From: a virus
Taxonomy: Duplodnaviria > Caudoviricetes
Length of the DNA: 56,514 nucleotides
Direction: 5' to 3' (one strand)
IMG/VR virus record: IMGVR_UViG_3300025980_000030
Coordinates: 1 to 56,514 of that record
Part shown: piece by piece, positions 17,018 to 25,198 of the stretch
Layout of the letters: each line of letters opens with the position of its first letter
How positions within the stretch are numbered: the first letter of the stretch is position 1
Program-made: the position numbers and the translations under genes
Notes under the pieces: model-generated
Database searches by the model: none
Seen by the model: only the letters and a program-made list of their open reading frames with translations
Told to the model about the DNA's origin: nothing

Positions 17018-17172
17018 CAAGGCTGCACCGTGGAGATCTTGATTCCGGCCTCGGCAGCGTTCTTGGCCGCTCGCAGGTAGTGACTAGCGCAGAACCGGTA
17101 CCGAGCATCGGGGTGAAGCTCGTCCCAGCATTCATAGACGGCATCTTCGGAACATCCGCGCCCTTGGCACAT
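17017..17172 (-). CDS. Small Cys/His protein (51 aa, not in the ORF track)
   Basis: MCQGRGCSEDAVYECW...FCASHY...; coupled to the downstream gene; first ORF after promoter copy 13. Confidence 0.5.
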   Translation of the reverse strand: MCQGRGCSEDAVYECWDELHPDARYRFCASHYLRAAKNAAEAGIKISTVQP

Positions 17173-17230
17173 TCTGATCACTCATTCTTGATGTTGACGG
17201 CTTGATCCGTTTCGGTTCCTGACACGAGAA

Positions 17231-17270
17231 ACACTACACCCTCTTGAGCATATGCGCAAGGGGGTGTAGT
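17231..17270 (-). promoter_or_regulatory. Palindromic promoter element copy 13
   Basis: Near-identical to copy 5 in reverse orientation; minus strand TTGCGC-17-TAGTGT. Confidence 0.85.
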
Positions 17271-17283
17271 ACGTCGCCGCCGA

Positions 17284-18447
17284 TCATCGGCGGCTCGCCC
17301 GCTTCCGGGCCGCCTCGGAGTTGGTGCCGAGCAGCGCGGCCAAGGTCGGCCAGTCGTTCGGCCGACCGGCCCGCTCCCACGCGGCCCACGCCTCGGCCTC
17401 GGGCACGCCGGGCTCGGGGGCGTCCTCCCATGCCGTCCGTCCGGACACCGGACGCTCGGCGAGCGCCGTCCGGACAGCCGCCCGGTCGGACCCGTTGACC
17501 GTCCGGACGTCCGGGCGTCCGGGCGGACGCGCGTCCGGCAGGGCGCGGGCGGACGCGCGTCCGTCCGGCATGGGGGTGAGGGCGGACGCCTCGAACCGGA
17601 CGGGGGCGGACGGCTCGAACCGGACGGGCCCGGCGTCCGGCGTCCGGGCGAGCACCCCGGACGCGACCTGATCGAGGGCGGACGGGAGGATGGCGGACGG
17701 GTCCGCCCGGTGGGCGGACACGAGGGCGGCCACGGCCGCGGGCGGCAGGGCGCCCGTCCGGGTGAGGGTAGAGAGCGTCCGGCGGGTGGCCGAGTGCTCG
17801 CGTCCGGGCAGAACGATCCGGACAAGCAGCATCGCGGCCCGCCGCTGGCCGGTCTCGGCCCGCGCGAGCGCCTGCGTTCCCTCGACCCGGCGGGCCAGCG
17901 TGAGCCACGTACGGGCCGACTCGACCGGCGCCGTGATCCACAGTCTGAGCGGGATGCGGTCCGGCCGCTCCTCGCGCCGCACCTCGCCGAGCGTGCCGAG
18001 CAGCTCGCGCACGCACAGCTCGATCACGATCGACAGGCTTAGCGGCGCCACGACGTGCCACGCCCAATCGCTCGGCCGCTCGGCCGCCGCAGCGTTCATC
18101 AGCACCGACGCAGCAATGGCCGCGTGCGCCGTGATGCGCCACCCGGCGACCGGGATACGACGGCGCACCCCGATCAGGTAGCGCCACGAGGCGGCCACGA
18201 TGAGCAGGTCGATCACAGCGGGCAGCGTGGCCGCTGCGAGGGAGACCTCATGCCCCATGACCTGCACGGACCCAAGGTGAGTGCCCCGGGTGTGGCTCTC
18301 GGCCGCCGCGTACATGGCGCCCCACGAGTTGACGAGCCCGGCCGCGCCGATGCCCACGAGCAGCAGGCCCGACAGCACCCGGCTGAGCCAATACGAGCGC
18401 TCGGTGTCGGCGTGCTCGGTGTTACCTGATCCCCTGCGGAACCTCAT
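17284..18447 (-). CDS. DUF2637 / Spd-like membrane protein of actinomycete conjugative elements
   Basis: Four N-terminal TM segments with S..A, P.VID, S..MN, H..APL pattern; DRIPLRLWI.AP..S.R.W; Pro-rich linker; short C-terminal helical/HTH-like end; RBS GGAGAG. Confidence 0.7.
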   Translation of the reverse strand: MRFRRGSGNTEHADTERSYWLSRVLSGLLLVGIGAAGLVNSWGAMYAAAESHTRGTHLGSVQVMGHEVSLAAATLPAVIDLLIVAASWRYLIGVRRRIPVAGWRITAHAAIAASVLMNAAAAERPSDWAWHVVAPLSLSIVIELCVRELLGTLGEVRREERPDRIPLRLWITAPVESARTWLTLARRVEGTQALARAETGQRRAAMLLVRIVLPGREHSATRRTLSTLTRTGALPPAAVAALVSAHRADPSAILPSALDQVASGVLARTPDAGPVRFEPSAPVRFEASALTPMPDGRASARALPDARPPGRPDVRTVNGSDRAAVRTALAERPVSGRTAWEDAPEPGVPEAEAWAAWERAGRPNDWPTLAALLGTNSEAARKRASRR

Positions 18448-18467
18448 GATCGTAACTCTCCGTGTAG

Positions 18468-18621
18468 ATCGTCCAACCGCGTTGGACGATGCGCGAGTAA
18501 GGGCGCATGACCTTGCCTTATAGGGGTCTGAAACCGTCCAATCATGATCCACTTGGACGATCTTCCGGACGATCCTTGGACGATCGTTGGACGATTCGAT
18601 CACACAGAGTGAATCGTCCAA
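18468..18621. repeat. Cluster of 8 TTGGACGAT-type 9-mers (candidate clt or iteron locus)
   Basis: Forward at 18482, 18553, 18565 (2 mm), 18576, 18587; reverse at 18468, 18533 (1 mm), 18613; non-coding, directly downstream of the traB-like gene. Confidence 0.75.
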
Positions 18622-18633
18622 CAGGCTACCTCA

Positions 18634-18674
18634 ACGCTACACCCCCTTGAGCACAGACTCAAGGGGGTGTAGCG
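18634..18674 (-). promoter_or_regulatory. Palindromic promoter element copy 14
   Basis: CGCTACACCCCCTTG-N10-CAAGGGGGTGTAGCG; minus strand TTGAGT-17-TAGCGT. Confidence 0.85.
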
Positions 18675-18686
18675 AAACCGGGTGCA

Positions 18687-21356
18687 CTACGCCCGGCGCG
18701 AGGCCCCACCGGCGCCGCGGTGGCGAGCGCCGAGCCGGTAGATATCGGCACCGTTCGGGCCGACGCCCCGCAGGCGTTCGAGGTGGCCCTGATTCGTCAG
18801 GACCCGCAGGTAGGCCGAGACCGAGCTGCGCCCGTCCGTGGCCTCGGCGATCGAGAGCGCGTCCTGCGCCTCGCCCCGGGTGAAGCCGGTCATGCCCCGG
18901 GCGTTCGCCAGCGCGGCGAGGCACGCGAGCACGGGCTCGGGCACCTTGACCGTCTGGTCCTCGCGCCACGTGCGCGAGCGCCAGGCGTCCACGAGCGCCG
19001 CGCGCTCGGCAGGGGTTCGGCTGGCCTCGCGTGCTGCTGCCCACGCGGTCACGTCCTGCATCCGGTCGAGCGCGACCGACATCGAGTCGAGGGTGTCCAT
19101 CCCCTCGGTCCGGCCGCCGTCCGGGCCGTCGTCCGCCTCGTCGTCGAGCTCCCCGGACGCCGAGGCGTCTGCCAGCATGGCCGCCGCCATCGCCTCGGCG
19201 TCCGGGTCGGACGCCTCGACCCACGGCGGGGCGTCCGGGTCGATCGCCCGGACGTTGCCCGCCGAGCCGGACGCGGCGAGCGCGGCCTCGACCGCCTCGT
19301 CGTCCTCGGCCCCCGGGCCGGACGCCCGGACGCCGGTCGTCCGGACGTCCTGAGCGTGGGCGGCGTCCGGACGCTTGCGCTGTCCGGCCACCCGTGGGCC
19401 GGACGTCCGGGCCGGACGCTCGGCCGGACGGACGTCCGGGGTCGCGTCCGGCGTCCGGGGGTCCGGGTGGGCCACCGGTGCAGCCGGACGCGCCTTCGCG
19501 GCCGGGCGGTCGCCGAGCCGGGGCACGATGTCGCCCGGGGTCGCCGGGGGCAGCGTCTCTGCCTCGTCGTCGAAGGCGAGGTCGTCCGGCACGTCCGGCC
19601 CGTCCACGCCATCGGCGGGCGGCTCGCTCACGAGCGGGTCGGCAGTGAGCGGCACGCCGCCCGAGCCGGTAGCGGGCTGCGAGGTGGCCGCCTGCTCGGT
19701 GGCAGAGGCTCCCGCGACCCTTGCCGCCGAACCGACGATCATCGACTCGTTGCCCGGCAGCACGCGCGACGTGCTGATCTTGCGAATGGTCATCACGTCG
19801 TGCAGCTCGTACGTCCGGCCCGCCGACCACTCGTCGTTGAGGGTGATCAATACGGTGCCCTTGGCGCCGTCGCCGTACTTGCTCATGTCCGGCATCCCGC
19901 GGTCGCGCCAATCCGGGATGATGTTCGTCTGCTCGATGGCCCGCCGCACTGGCAGCACGGCGATACCGAAGGCGTTCGCCTTGACGTCGCCCGAGCCGAG
20001 GTGCTCCAGCACGGCGCGCTGCGAGGCAATGATCAGGATCACGAGCTCGGACGCGCCAGCCTTGAGGATGCCGTTCACGAGCTCGATCGCCCGGCGCCCC
20101 TCGGGCGTGCGCTTGGTCATCAGGAACGACGCCTCGTCGATGATGACCAGCTCGACCGGCTCTTCGGCCGTCGGGATGTGCTTGCTGCGGCCACGCTGCC
20201 CGTTGAGCTCGGACCGCTCGGCGATGAGATCGTTCGCTCGCTGCAACGCTGCGAGCGCGCCGTGCACGCTCTTCGGGCCGCCGAACACCCGGTGCACGGC
20301 GGGTGCCCAGTTCGCGGCGTCCTTCATGCCCTTGAGGATGTCGATCATCGTGATGCGCACGAGCGGCCGGTTCTGCGCGTCCCGTGCCCGGGTGAGGTGC
20401 TCGACGATGTTGTTGATTAGGTTCGTTTTGCCGCCGCGGGTACCGGCGATGAGTACCCAATGCACGCCGCCGTCGTTGTTGACGATCTCGATGCTCAACG
20501 GCTTCTCGGTCTCGGGGTCCTTGCCGATCTTGAACGATCCGATCGGCGGCACCCGCGTGAGCGGGAAGTCGGGCGCAAGCGGATGTGCGACGGGCTTCGA
20601 CCACGGGTTGGTGAGCCACGTCGAGATCTCGATGTGGCCGGCGTGCGTCGCCGACGCCTGCACGCGGACCTTGCCGGGGGCGAGCCCCTCGGCGGCGGCC
20701 ACCTTCTCGGCGAGCTCGCCGCTGCGGGCGATGGCCGAGGCGGTCTGCCCGGTCGCGCGGACGTCGACCGTCCGCTTGTTGCCGACCGCGGTCTTCGCGG
20801 TGCCGACGATGGCGGCACCGGCGATGCCGACTTGCCGGGCGACAGGGCCGAAATCGCGCTGCGCCCGCTCCCAAGCGATCTTTGCGCCGATGAAGTTCGC
20901 GACGTAGAGCCACGCCCACGCGAGGCAGCCGAAGAGCCAATACACGATCATCATCGTCTGATTGATCACGTCCATGTCGAGCCGGTGCATCACATGCCAG
21001 AGCAGGACCCACCCGGTGCCGACGACGGGCAGGGCACCGGTCCGGATCGCCCACTGACGGGCGATCCGGTCGTTTGGTGTGATGTGCCGCTGCGTCGCGT
21101 AGGTGATGATTGTCAGTCCGGCACCGATGGAGATGATCAGCGCCGGGTTGCCCCAGAACGCGAGGGGCACGCCGAGCAGCGCAAGCAGGATGAGAAAGAT
21201 CGGCGTAAGCCGGGTCGCGGCCCGCTTCCCGATCCACTGAGCCGCGCTGATCACGGCCACTGTCTTGAGGCCCACCGGGCGCGACCTGATCAGGCCGCGC
21301 CCGTGCCCCCGTCCACCTCCCCCGTGGGGGTCGTAGGGGTCGACTTCGCCCTTCAT
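18687..21356 (-). CDS. TraB-like FtsK/SpoIIIE-family DNA translocase
   Basis: N-terminal TM helices; Walker A AGTRGGKT; Walker B VIIDEAS; LIIASQR; low-complexity linker; C-terminal winged HTH. Confidence 0.8.
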   Translation of the reverse strand: MKGEVDPYDPHGGGGRGHGRGLIRSRPVGLKTVAVISAAQWIGKRAATRLTPIFLILLALLGVPLAFWGNPALIISIGAGLTIITYATQRHITPNDRIARQWAIRTGALPVVGTGWVLLWHVMHRLDMDVINQTMMIVYWLFGCLAWAWLYVANFIGAKIAWERAQRDFGPVARQVGIAGAAIVGTAKTAVGNKRTVDVRATGQTASAIARSGELAEKVAAAEGLAPGKVRVQASATHAGHIEISTWLTNPWSKPVAHPLAPDFPLTRVPPIGSFKIGKDPETEKPLSIEIVNNDGGVHWVLIAGTRGGKTNLINNIVEHLTRARDAQNRPLVRITMIDILKGMKDAANWAPAVHRVFGGPKSVHGALAALQRANDLIAERSELNGQRGRSKHIPTAEEPVELVIIDEASFLMTKRTPEGRRAIELVNGILKAGASELVILIIASQRAVLEHLGSGDVKANAFGIAVLPVRRAIEQTNIIPDWRDRGMPDMSKYGDGAKGTVLITLNDEWSAGRTYELHDVMTIRKISTSRVLPGNESMIVGSAARVAGASATEQAATSQPATGSGGVPLTADPLVSEPPADGVDGPDVPDDLAFDDEAETLPPATPGDIVPRLGDRPAAKARPAAPVAHPDPRTPDATPDVRPAERPARTSGPRVAGQRKRPDAAHAQDVRTTGVRASGPGAEDDEAVEAALAASGSAGNVRAIDPDAPPWVEASDPDAEAMAAAMLADASASGELDDEADDGPDGGRTEGMDTLDSMSVALDRMQDVTAWAAAREASRTPAERAALVDAWRSRTWREDQTVKVPEPVLACLAALANARGMTGFTRGEAQDALSIAEATDGRSSVSAYLRVLTNQGHLERLRGVGPNGADIYRLGARHRGAGGASRRA

Positions 21357-22429
21357 CAGGCCGTCTCCCCCCAGTAACTGGAGTTCGGGTCCATCCCGGG
21401 GATGTGCCCGCCCGTGGCCTGCGCGGTCTCGCGGACGCCCTCGTAGGTCGAGGCGTAGTCCTGCGCGTGGTTGGTCATGCCGACGGCCGCCTCGCTCAGG
21501 TGCTCGGCAGCCTCGTCGAGACCGGCCATCACCGAGGGGTGCATGTTGACCTCGGCTTCGAGCATCTCGCGGTGTTCGCGCAGCTTGTCGCCGATGTCGG
21601 AGAGTTCCTGCGCGAATTGATCGGCCCACGCGCTGTGCTGCGCGTCGGTCTCGGGCGCCTGCCCGAGGGCGTCCGCGCCGCCGCCGTAGCCGCCGCCGCT
21701 CGTGGGCTGGGACATGGGGTTTCCTCCACTGCTCGTTGTCGTCGGCCCGGCGGGTGCCGGGCTCGGGCTCGGGCTCGGGCTCGGGGTCGGGGTCGGGATG
21801 TCCCCGCCGCAGACGACCGAGACCGTGGTCGCCCCGGTGCCGGTGGTCGTCTTCGGCGGTGCGGGGGCCGGTGCGGGCGCCGTACCCTGCGGCTTGGTGC
21901 CTCCGGGTGCCGGACGGCCAGCGGCAGGAGAAGGACGGCGCCCAGATGGTGCCGTGGGCCGCGCCGGGAGCGGGCGGGACGCAGGCTGTCCGCCCCGCCC
22001 GCTCCCGGCATTACCCGAGCCGCCCAGTGGCAGCCCGGCGCCGGTCATGTACGTGCCACCCGGCAGCCACGAGCGGCGAGGCTTCGTACCCTTCGGGTAG
22101 ATCGTCATCCCGGGGCCGACTTTGATCGGCTTGTTCCCCTGCGGCGAGCCGCCGCGACCGCCCGGGCGGCCGCGACCTCGGCCACGGCCGCCCGTCCACG
22201 AGCCGCGCAGGGGGATCTCGCTCTTGCCCTTGCGTCGCCGGTAGACGTTGACCGCCCGGATGACCGAGCGCCCTGCGGCCCCACCGAGGCGATGCCGCAG
22301 GTTGTCCGTGTGCGTGTGGTACGCGACGCCGCGCCAGAAGCCCCCGCGCCGTGACGAGCGGCGCCGGGTGGTCCGGCGCCGCGTGCCGTAGGCATACCCG
22401 CCTCGGCTACCTCTTCCTCGGGTCGACAT
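21356..22429 (-). CDS. TraA-position protein: Arg/Pro-rich N-terminus plus acidic helical C-terminal domain
   Basis: TGATG-coupled to the traB-like gene; strong in-frame internal RBS and ATG at 21715. Confidence 0.6.
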   Translation of the reverse strand: MSTRGRGSRGGYAYGTRRRTTRRRSSRRGGFWRGVAYHTHTDNLRHRLGGAAGRSVIRAVNVYRRRKGKSEIPLRGSWTGGRGRGRGRPGGRGGSPQGNKPIKVGPGMTIYPKGTKPRRSWLPGGTYMTGAGLPLGGSGNAGSGRGGQPASRPLPARPTAPSGRRPSPAAGRPAPGGTKPQGTAPAPAPAPPKTTTGTGATTVSVVCGGDIPTPTPSPSPSPSPAPAGPTTTSSGGNPMSQPTSGGGYGGGADALGQAPETDAQHSAWADQFAQELSDIGDKLREHREMLEAEVNMHPSVMAGLDEAAEHLSEAAVGMTNHAQDYASTYEGVRETAQATGGHIPGMDPNSSYWGETA

Positions 22430-22432
22430 GGC

Positions 22433-22669
22433 TCACCCCCCGAGCGTCCAGAGCCAATCCCACAGCGCGCGGCCGACGGGCGAGCCTCCCAGCAGGGTGA
22501 AAAACACCCCACAGAAGATCAGCTCGATTGCCCACAACCGACGTGCTGCGATCATGGCGATGATGCCTACGAGAGCGCCGCCCATGAGCAGCGCTACGAC
22601 GGCCACGTTCGCGTGGCCCGATCCGCTGGCCGCCGCCGCTGCGGTTGCCTGCCCTACCATGTGCAGCAT
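22433..22669 (-). CDS. Small membrane protein, first gene of the transfer operon
   Basis: RBS GGAGGAG; two hydrophobic helices. Confidence 0.65.
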   Translation of the reverse strand: MLHMVGQATAAAAASGSGHANVAVVALLMGGALVGIIAMIAARRLWAIELIFCGVFFTLLGGSPVGRALWDWLWTLGG

Positions 22670-22712
22670 CTGCACTCCTCCACAGGTGTGCGTAGAACCT
22701 AGTAGACCTACG

Positions 22713-22728
22713 ATACTACATGCCCTTG
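22713..22728 (-). promoter_or_regulatory. Degenerate half-copy of the promoter element upstream of the transfer operon
   Basis: Minus strand CAAGGGCATGTAGTAT versus consensus CAAGGGGGTGTAGTAT; no clear -35. Confidence 0.4.
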
Positions 22729-22784
22729 CGTACGTCGATGGGTGGCGTGTTCCGCGAGGCCCGGACCGGCGAGGTGGTGGCGAG

Positions 22785-23351
22785 ATGAAGTGCGACGGAT
22801 GCGACGGCCTCGGCGAGGTGCCCGACCCCGAGGTCGGTACGTCTGCGGCCAGGCGGCCACGCGGTTACCTCGAACGTGGCTGGCGCAAGCAGTGGTTGCT
22901 CGGCAAGCTCGCGCGGTCCGAGGGCACGCACCGCGACCTCGCGCAGGCGCTCGGCGTCGTCCCGTCCGCCGTGGGCATGTTCGCCCGGCGGCACGAGGCC
23001 GAGGTCGACGCGATGCGCGAGGCGCTCGCACAGCAGCTCACCGGGCTGTGGATCGCCGACAAGCTCTCGCGGCTGGCCGAGATGCAAACCGACGTCGAGG
23101 ACATCAACAACATCATCGCCGACAAGATCGAGGCGGCCACGCCCGCGCCGGTCAACCCGCTCGAACCGGGCGACGAGCGCGCCGACAAGCCGAGCGCGAC
23201 CGAGGATCTTCCCGTGTGGCTGCGCACCAAGCTCTCGATCCTGCGGGGCGCGGCCGAAGAGCTCGGGCAGATCCCGAACAAGGTCACGATGCAGGTCGGC
23301 GGAAGCATCGTCACGTACAAGCTTTCGGGGGCTGACCTCGATCAGATCTGA
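22785..23351 (+). CDS. Probable terminase small subunit
   Basis: HTH-like region, WIADKLSRLAEMQ and ILRGAAEELG motifs; position upstream of TerL. Confidence 0.7.
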   Translation: MKCDGCDGLGEVPDPEVGTSAARRPRGYLERGWRKQWLLGKLARSEGTHRDLAQALGVVPSAVGMFARRHEAEVDAMREALAQQLTGLWIADKLSRLAEMQTDVEDINNIIADKIEAATPAPVNPLEPGDERADKPSATEDLPVWLRTKLSILRGAAEELGQIPNKVTMQVGGSIVTYKLSGADLDQI

Positions 23352-23382
23352 CCGAGGACGATCAAGCCGTGGAGGGCTGATC

Positions 23383-23694
23383 ATGAACATGGACAACATC
23401 AACTCGACCGGTCGCGTCGAGCTCTGCTGGCCGATCACTGGTCAGGCTCCCGCGACGGCGTTCGGCGCCCCGCCCGGCGGCATGCCCACGCTCGGCGAGG
23501 TCGAGGCGCTCTTCGTCGCGTGGGTCCGCGAGGCCCGGCGCCGCGGGTGCCCGGACTCGGCGGCCGTGTGGACGCCGAATGCCTGCGCCGACACGCCCTC
23601 GCTCGTGGCCGTGTGGGACGCCGGGCCGCCGAAGGTGACCGCTACCGAACGAACCGCGCTCGCCGAGCGCGGGCCCGAGGCCGACCTGCCGTGA
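23383..23694 (+). CDS. Hypothetical protein
   Basis: RBS GGAGGG; GTGA overlap with terL. Confidence 0.55.
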   Translation: MNMDNINSTGRVELCWPITGQAPATAFGAPPGGMPTLGEVEALFVAWVREARRRGCPDSAAVWTPNACADTPSLVAVWDAGPPKVTATERTALAERGPEADLP

Positions 23695-25100
23695 CCCTGC
23701 CCACGGCTGGCCTCCCGGTCGGCGTGACGGGCGAGGCGAAGGCGCTCACGCACCACTACGCGCCGCGCGGCAGCGCGGTCGAGGTGCTGCAGAGCCGCGG
23801 CGCCGAAGTAGTCCTCAGCGGCCCGGCCGGTACGGGCAAGAGCCGAGCGTGTCTCGAAAAGCTGCTACTGCAAGCACTCAAGTACCCGGGCATGCGTGGG
23901 CTGATCCTGCGCAAGACACAGGTCTCGCTCGGCTCCTCGGCCCTCAAGACGTGGCGGCGCGACGTGGCGGGCGAGGCGCTGCTCAACCGCACACTGTGGT
24001 TCTACGGCGGCAGCGCCGAGGAACCGGCGCAGTACCGGTTCGCCAACGGCTCGACGATCCTCGTCGGCGGCATGGACAAGCCGACAAAGATCATGTCGAC
24101 CGAGTATGACGTGATCTACGCGCAAGAGGCGACCGAGCTCACGGTCACGGATTGGGAGTACGCCCTCACCCGGTTGCGCAACCACCGGATGCCGTATCAG
24201 CAGATCATCGCCGACTGCAACCCGGACGCCCCGACCCATTGGCTCAAGGCCCGGTGCGACACCGGCGCGGCGAAGATGATCTACTGCCGCCACGAAGACA
24301 ACCCGGTGCTCTTCGACGAGCTACCCGGGGCGGACGGCGCGCCCCGGTTCAAGTTGACCGCGCTTGGCCGCGAGTACATGGCGAAGCTCGACTCGCTCAC
24401 CGGCGTGCGCTACCTGCGCCTGCGCAGGGGCTTGTGGTGCGCGGCCGAGGGCGTGATCTTCGACGAGTTCTCGCCCGAGGTGCACGTGATCGACGAGATG
24501 CCCGCCGGGTGGGAGTTGTGGGCGCGTTACTGGTCGGTCGACTTCGGCTTCACCAATCCGTTCGTGTGCCAGATGTGGGCGCAGGACCCCGACGGGCGGC
24601 TCTACCTCTACCGCGAGTTCTACATGACACAGCGCACGGTCGATCAGCACGCCCGCGACATCCTCAAGGTGATCACGACGACCGACCGCTACGGCCGGGT
24701 CGAATGGATCGAACCTCAGCCTTACGTAATCGTTGCTGATCATGACGCCGAGAATCGACAGCGATTCGAGAATGAGATCGGACTCGGGACGCAGAACGCC
24801 GACAAGAACGTTAAGGACGGAATCGAAACTACGCAGGTCCGGTTCCGCATCGCCAAGGACGGCAAGCCCCGGGTGTTCTTCCTGCGGCACGCGCTCGTCG
24901 AGCGCGACTCCAATCTCGAAGAAGCGCGCAAACCTTGCTCGACCCTCGAAGAGCTGCCGGGCTACGTGTGGGCCCCGAGCCAAGACGGGAAGCCGGTCAA
25001 GGACGAGCCGCTCAAGCTCAACGATCACGGGATGGACGCGATGCGGTACCTGATGAAGGATCAGGACCCGCTTGCCCGCCCGGGGATAAGGATCATGTGA
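23691..25100 (+). CDS. terL: Terminase large subunit
   Basis: Walker A GPAGTGKS, IYAQEATE, DCNP, DFGFTNP, DHGMDAMRY. Confidence 0.95.
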   Translation: MTLPTAGLPVGVTGEAKALTHHYAPRGSAVEVLQSRGAEVVLSGPAGTGKSRACLEKLLLQALKYPGMRGLILRKTQVSLGSSALKTWRRDVAGEALLNRTLWFYGGSAEEPAQYRFANGSTILVGGMDKPTKIMSTEYDVIYAQEATELTVTDWEYALTRLRNHRMPYQQIIADCNPDAPTHWLKARCDTGAAKMIYCRHEDNPVLFDELPGADGAPRFKLTALGREYMAKLDSLTGVRYLRLRRGLWCAAEGVIFDEFSPEVHVIDEMPAGWELWARYWSVDFGFTNPFVCQMWAQDPDGRLYLYREFYMTQRTVDQHARDILKVITTTDRYGRVEWIEPQPYVIVADHDAENRQRFENEIGLGTQNADKNVKDGIETTQVRFRIAKDGKPRVFFLRHALVERDSNLEEARKPCSTLEELPGYVWAPSQDGKPVKDEPLKLNDHGMDAMRYLMKDQDPLARPGIRIM

Positions 25101-25198
25101 TGGACCGATTCGAGAAGATCATGCGAGTGGTGATCGTCCTCGCCGTGGTGCTCGCGGCGATGGCGGCACTCACGGCCATCACGGGGGGTGGGCGATGA
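25100..25198 (+). CDS. Tiny single-TM protein
   Basis: TGATG coupling; hydrophobic, 32 aa. Confidence 0.4.
   Translation: MDRFEKIMRVVIVLAVVLAAMAALTAITGGGR

Noticed and set aside
18448-18621. N-terminal extension of the DUF2637-like ORF to 445 aa
   Set aside because: A good RBS precedes the ATG at 18447 and the extension is just the repeat cluster read through
1836-18674. Palindromic repeats of about 37-40 bp as a CRISPR array
   Set aside because: Separated by gene-sized, variable distances (about 0.6-2 kb), too divergent, embed promoter boxes, and no cas genes are present
1836-18674. Classical integron with attC sites
   Set aside because: No tyrosine recombinase in the window, no clear RYYYAAC/GTTRRRY ends, and the elements carry promoters; only the cassette logic is similar
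18637-21237. Long overlapping ORFs (866 aa, 566 aa, 510 aa) across the traB-like gene, and similar shadow ORFs elsewhere
   Set aside because: Arg/Pro/Gly-rich stop-poor frames expected in high-GC DNA; no motifs or RBS support
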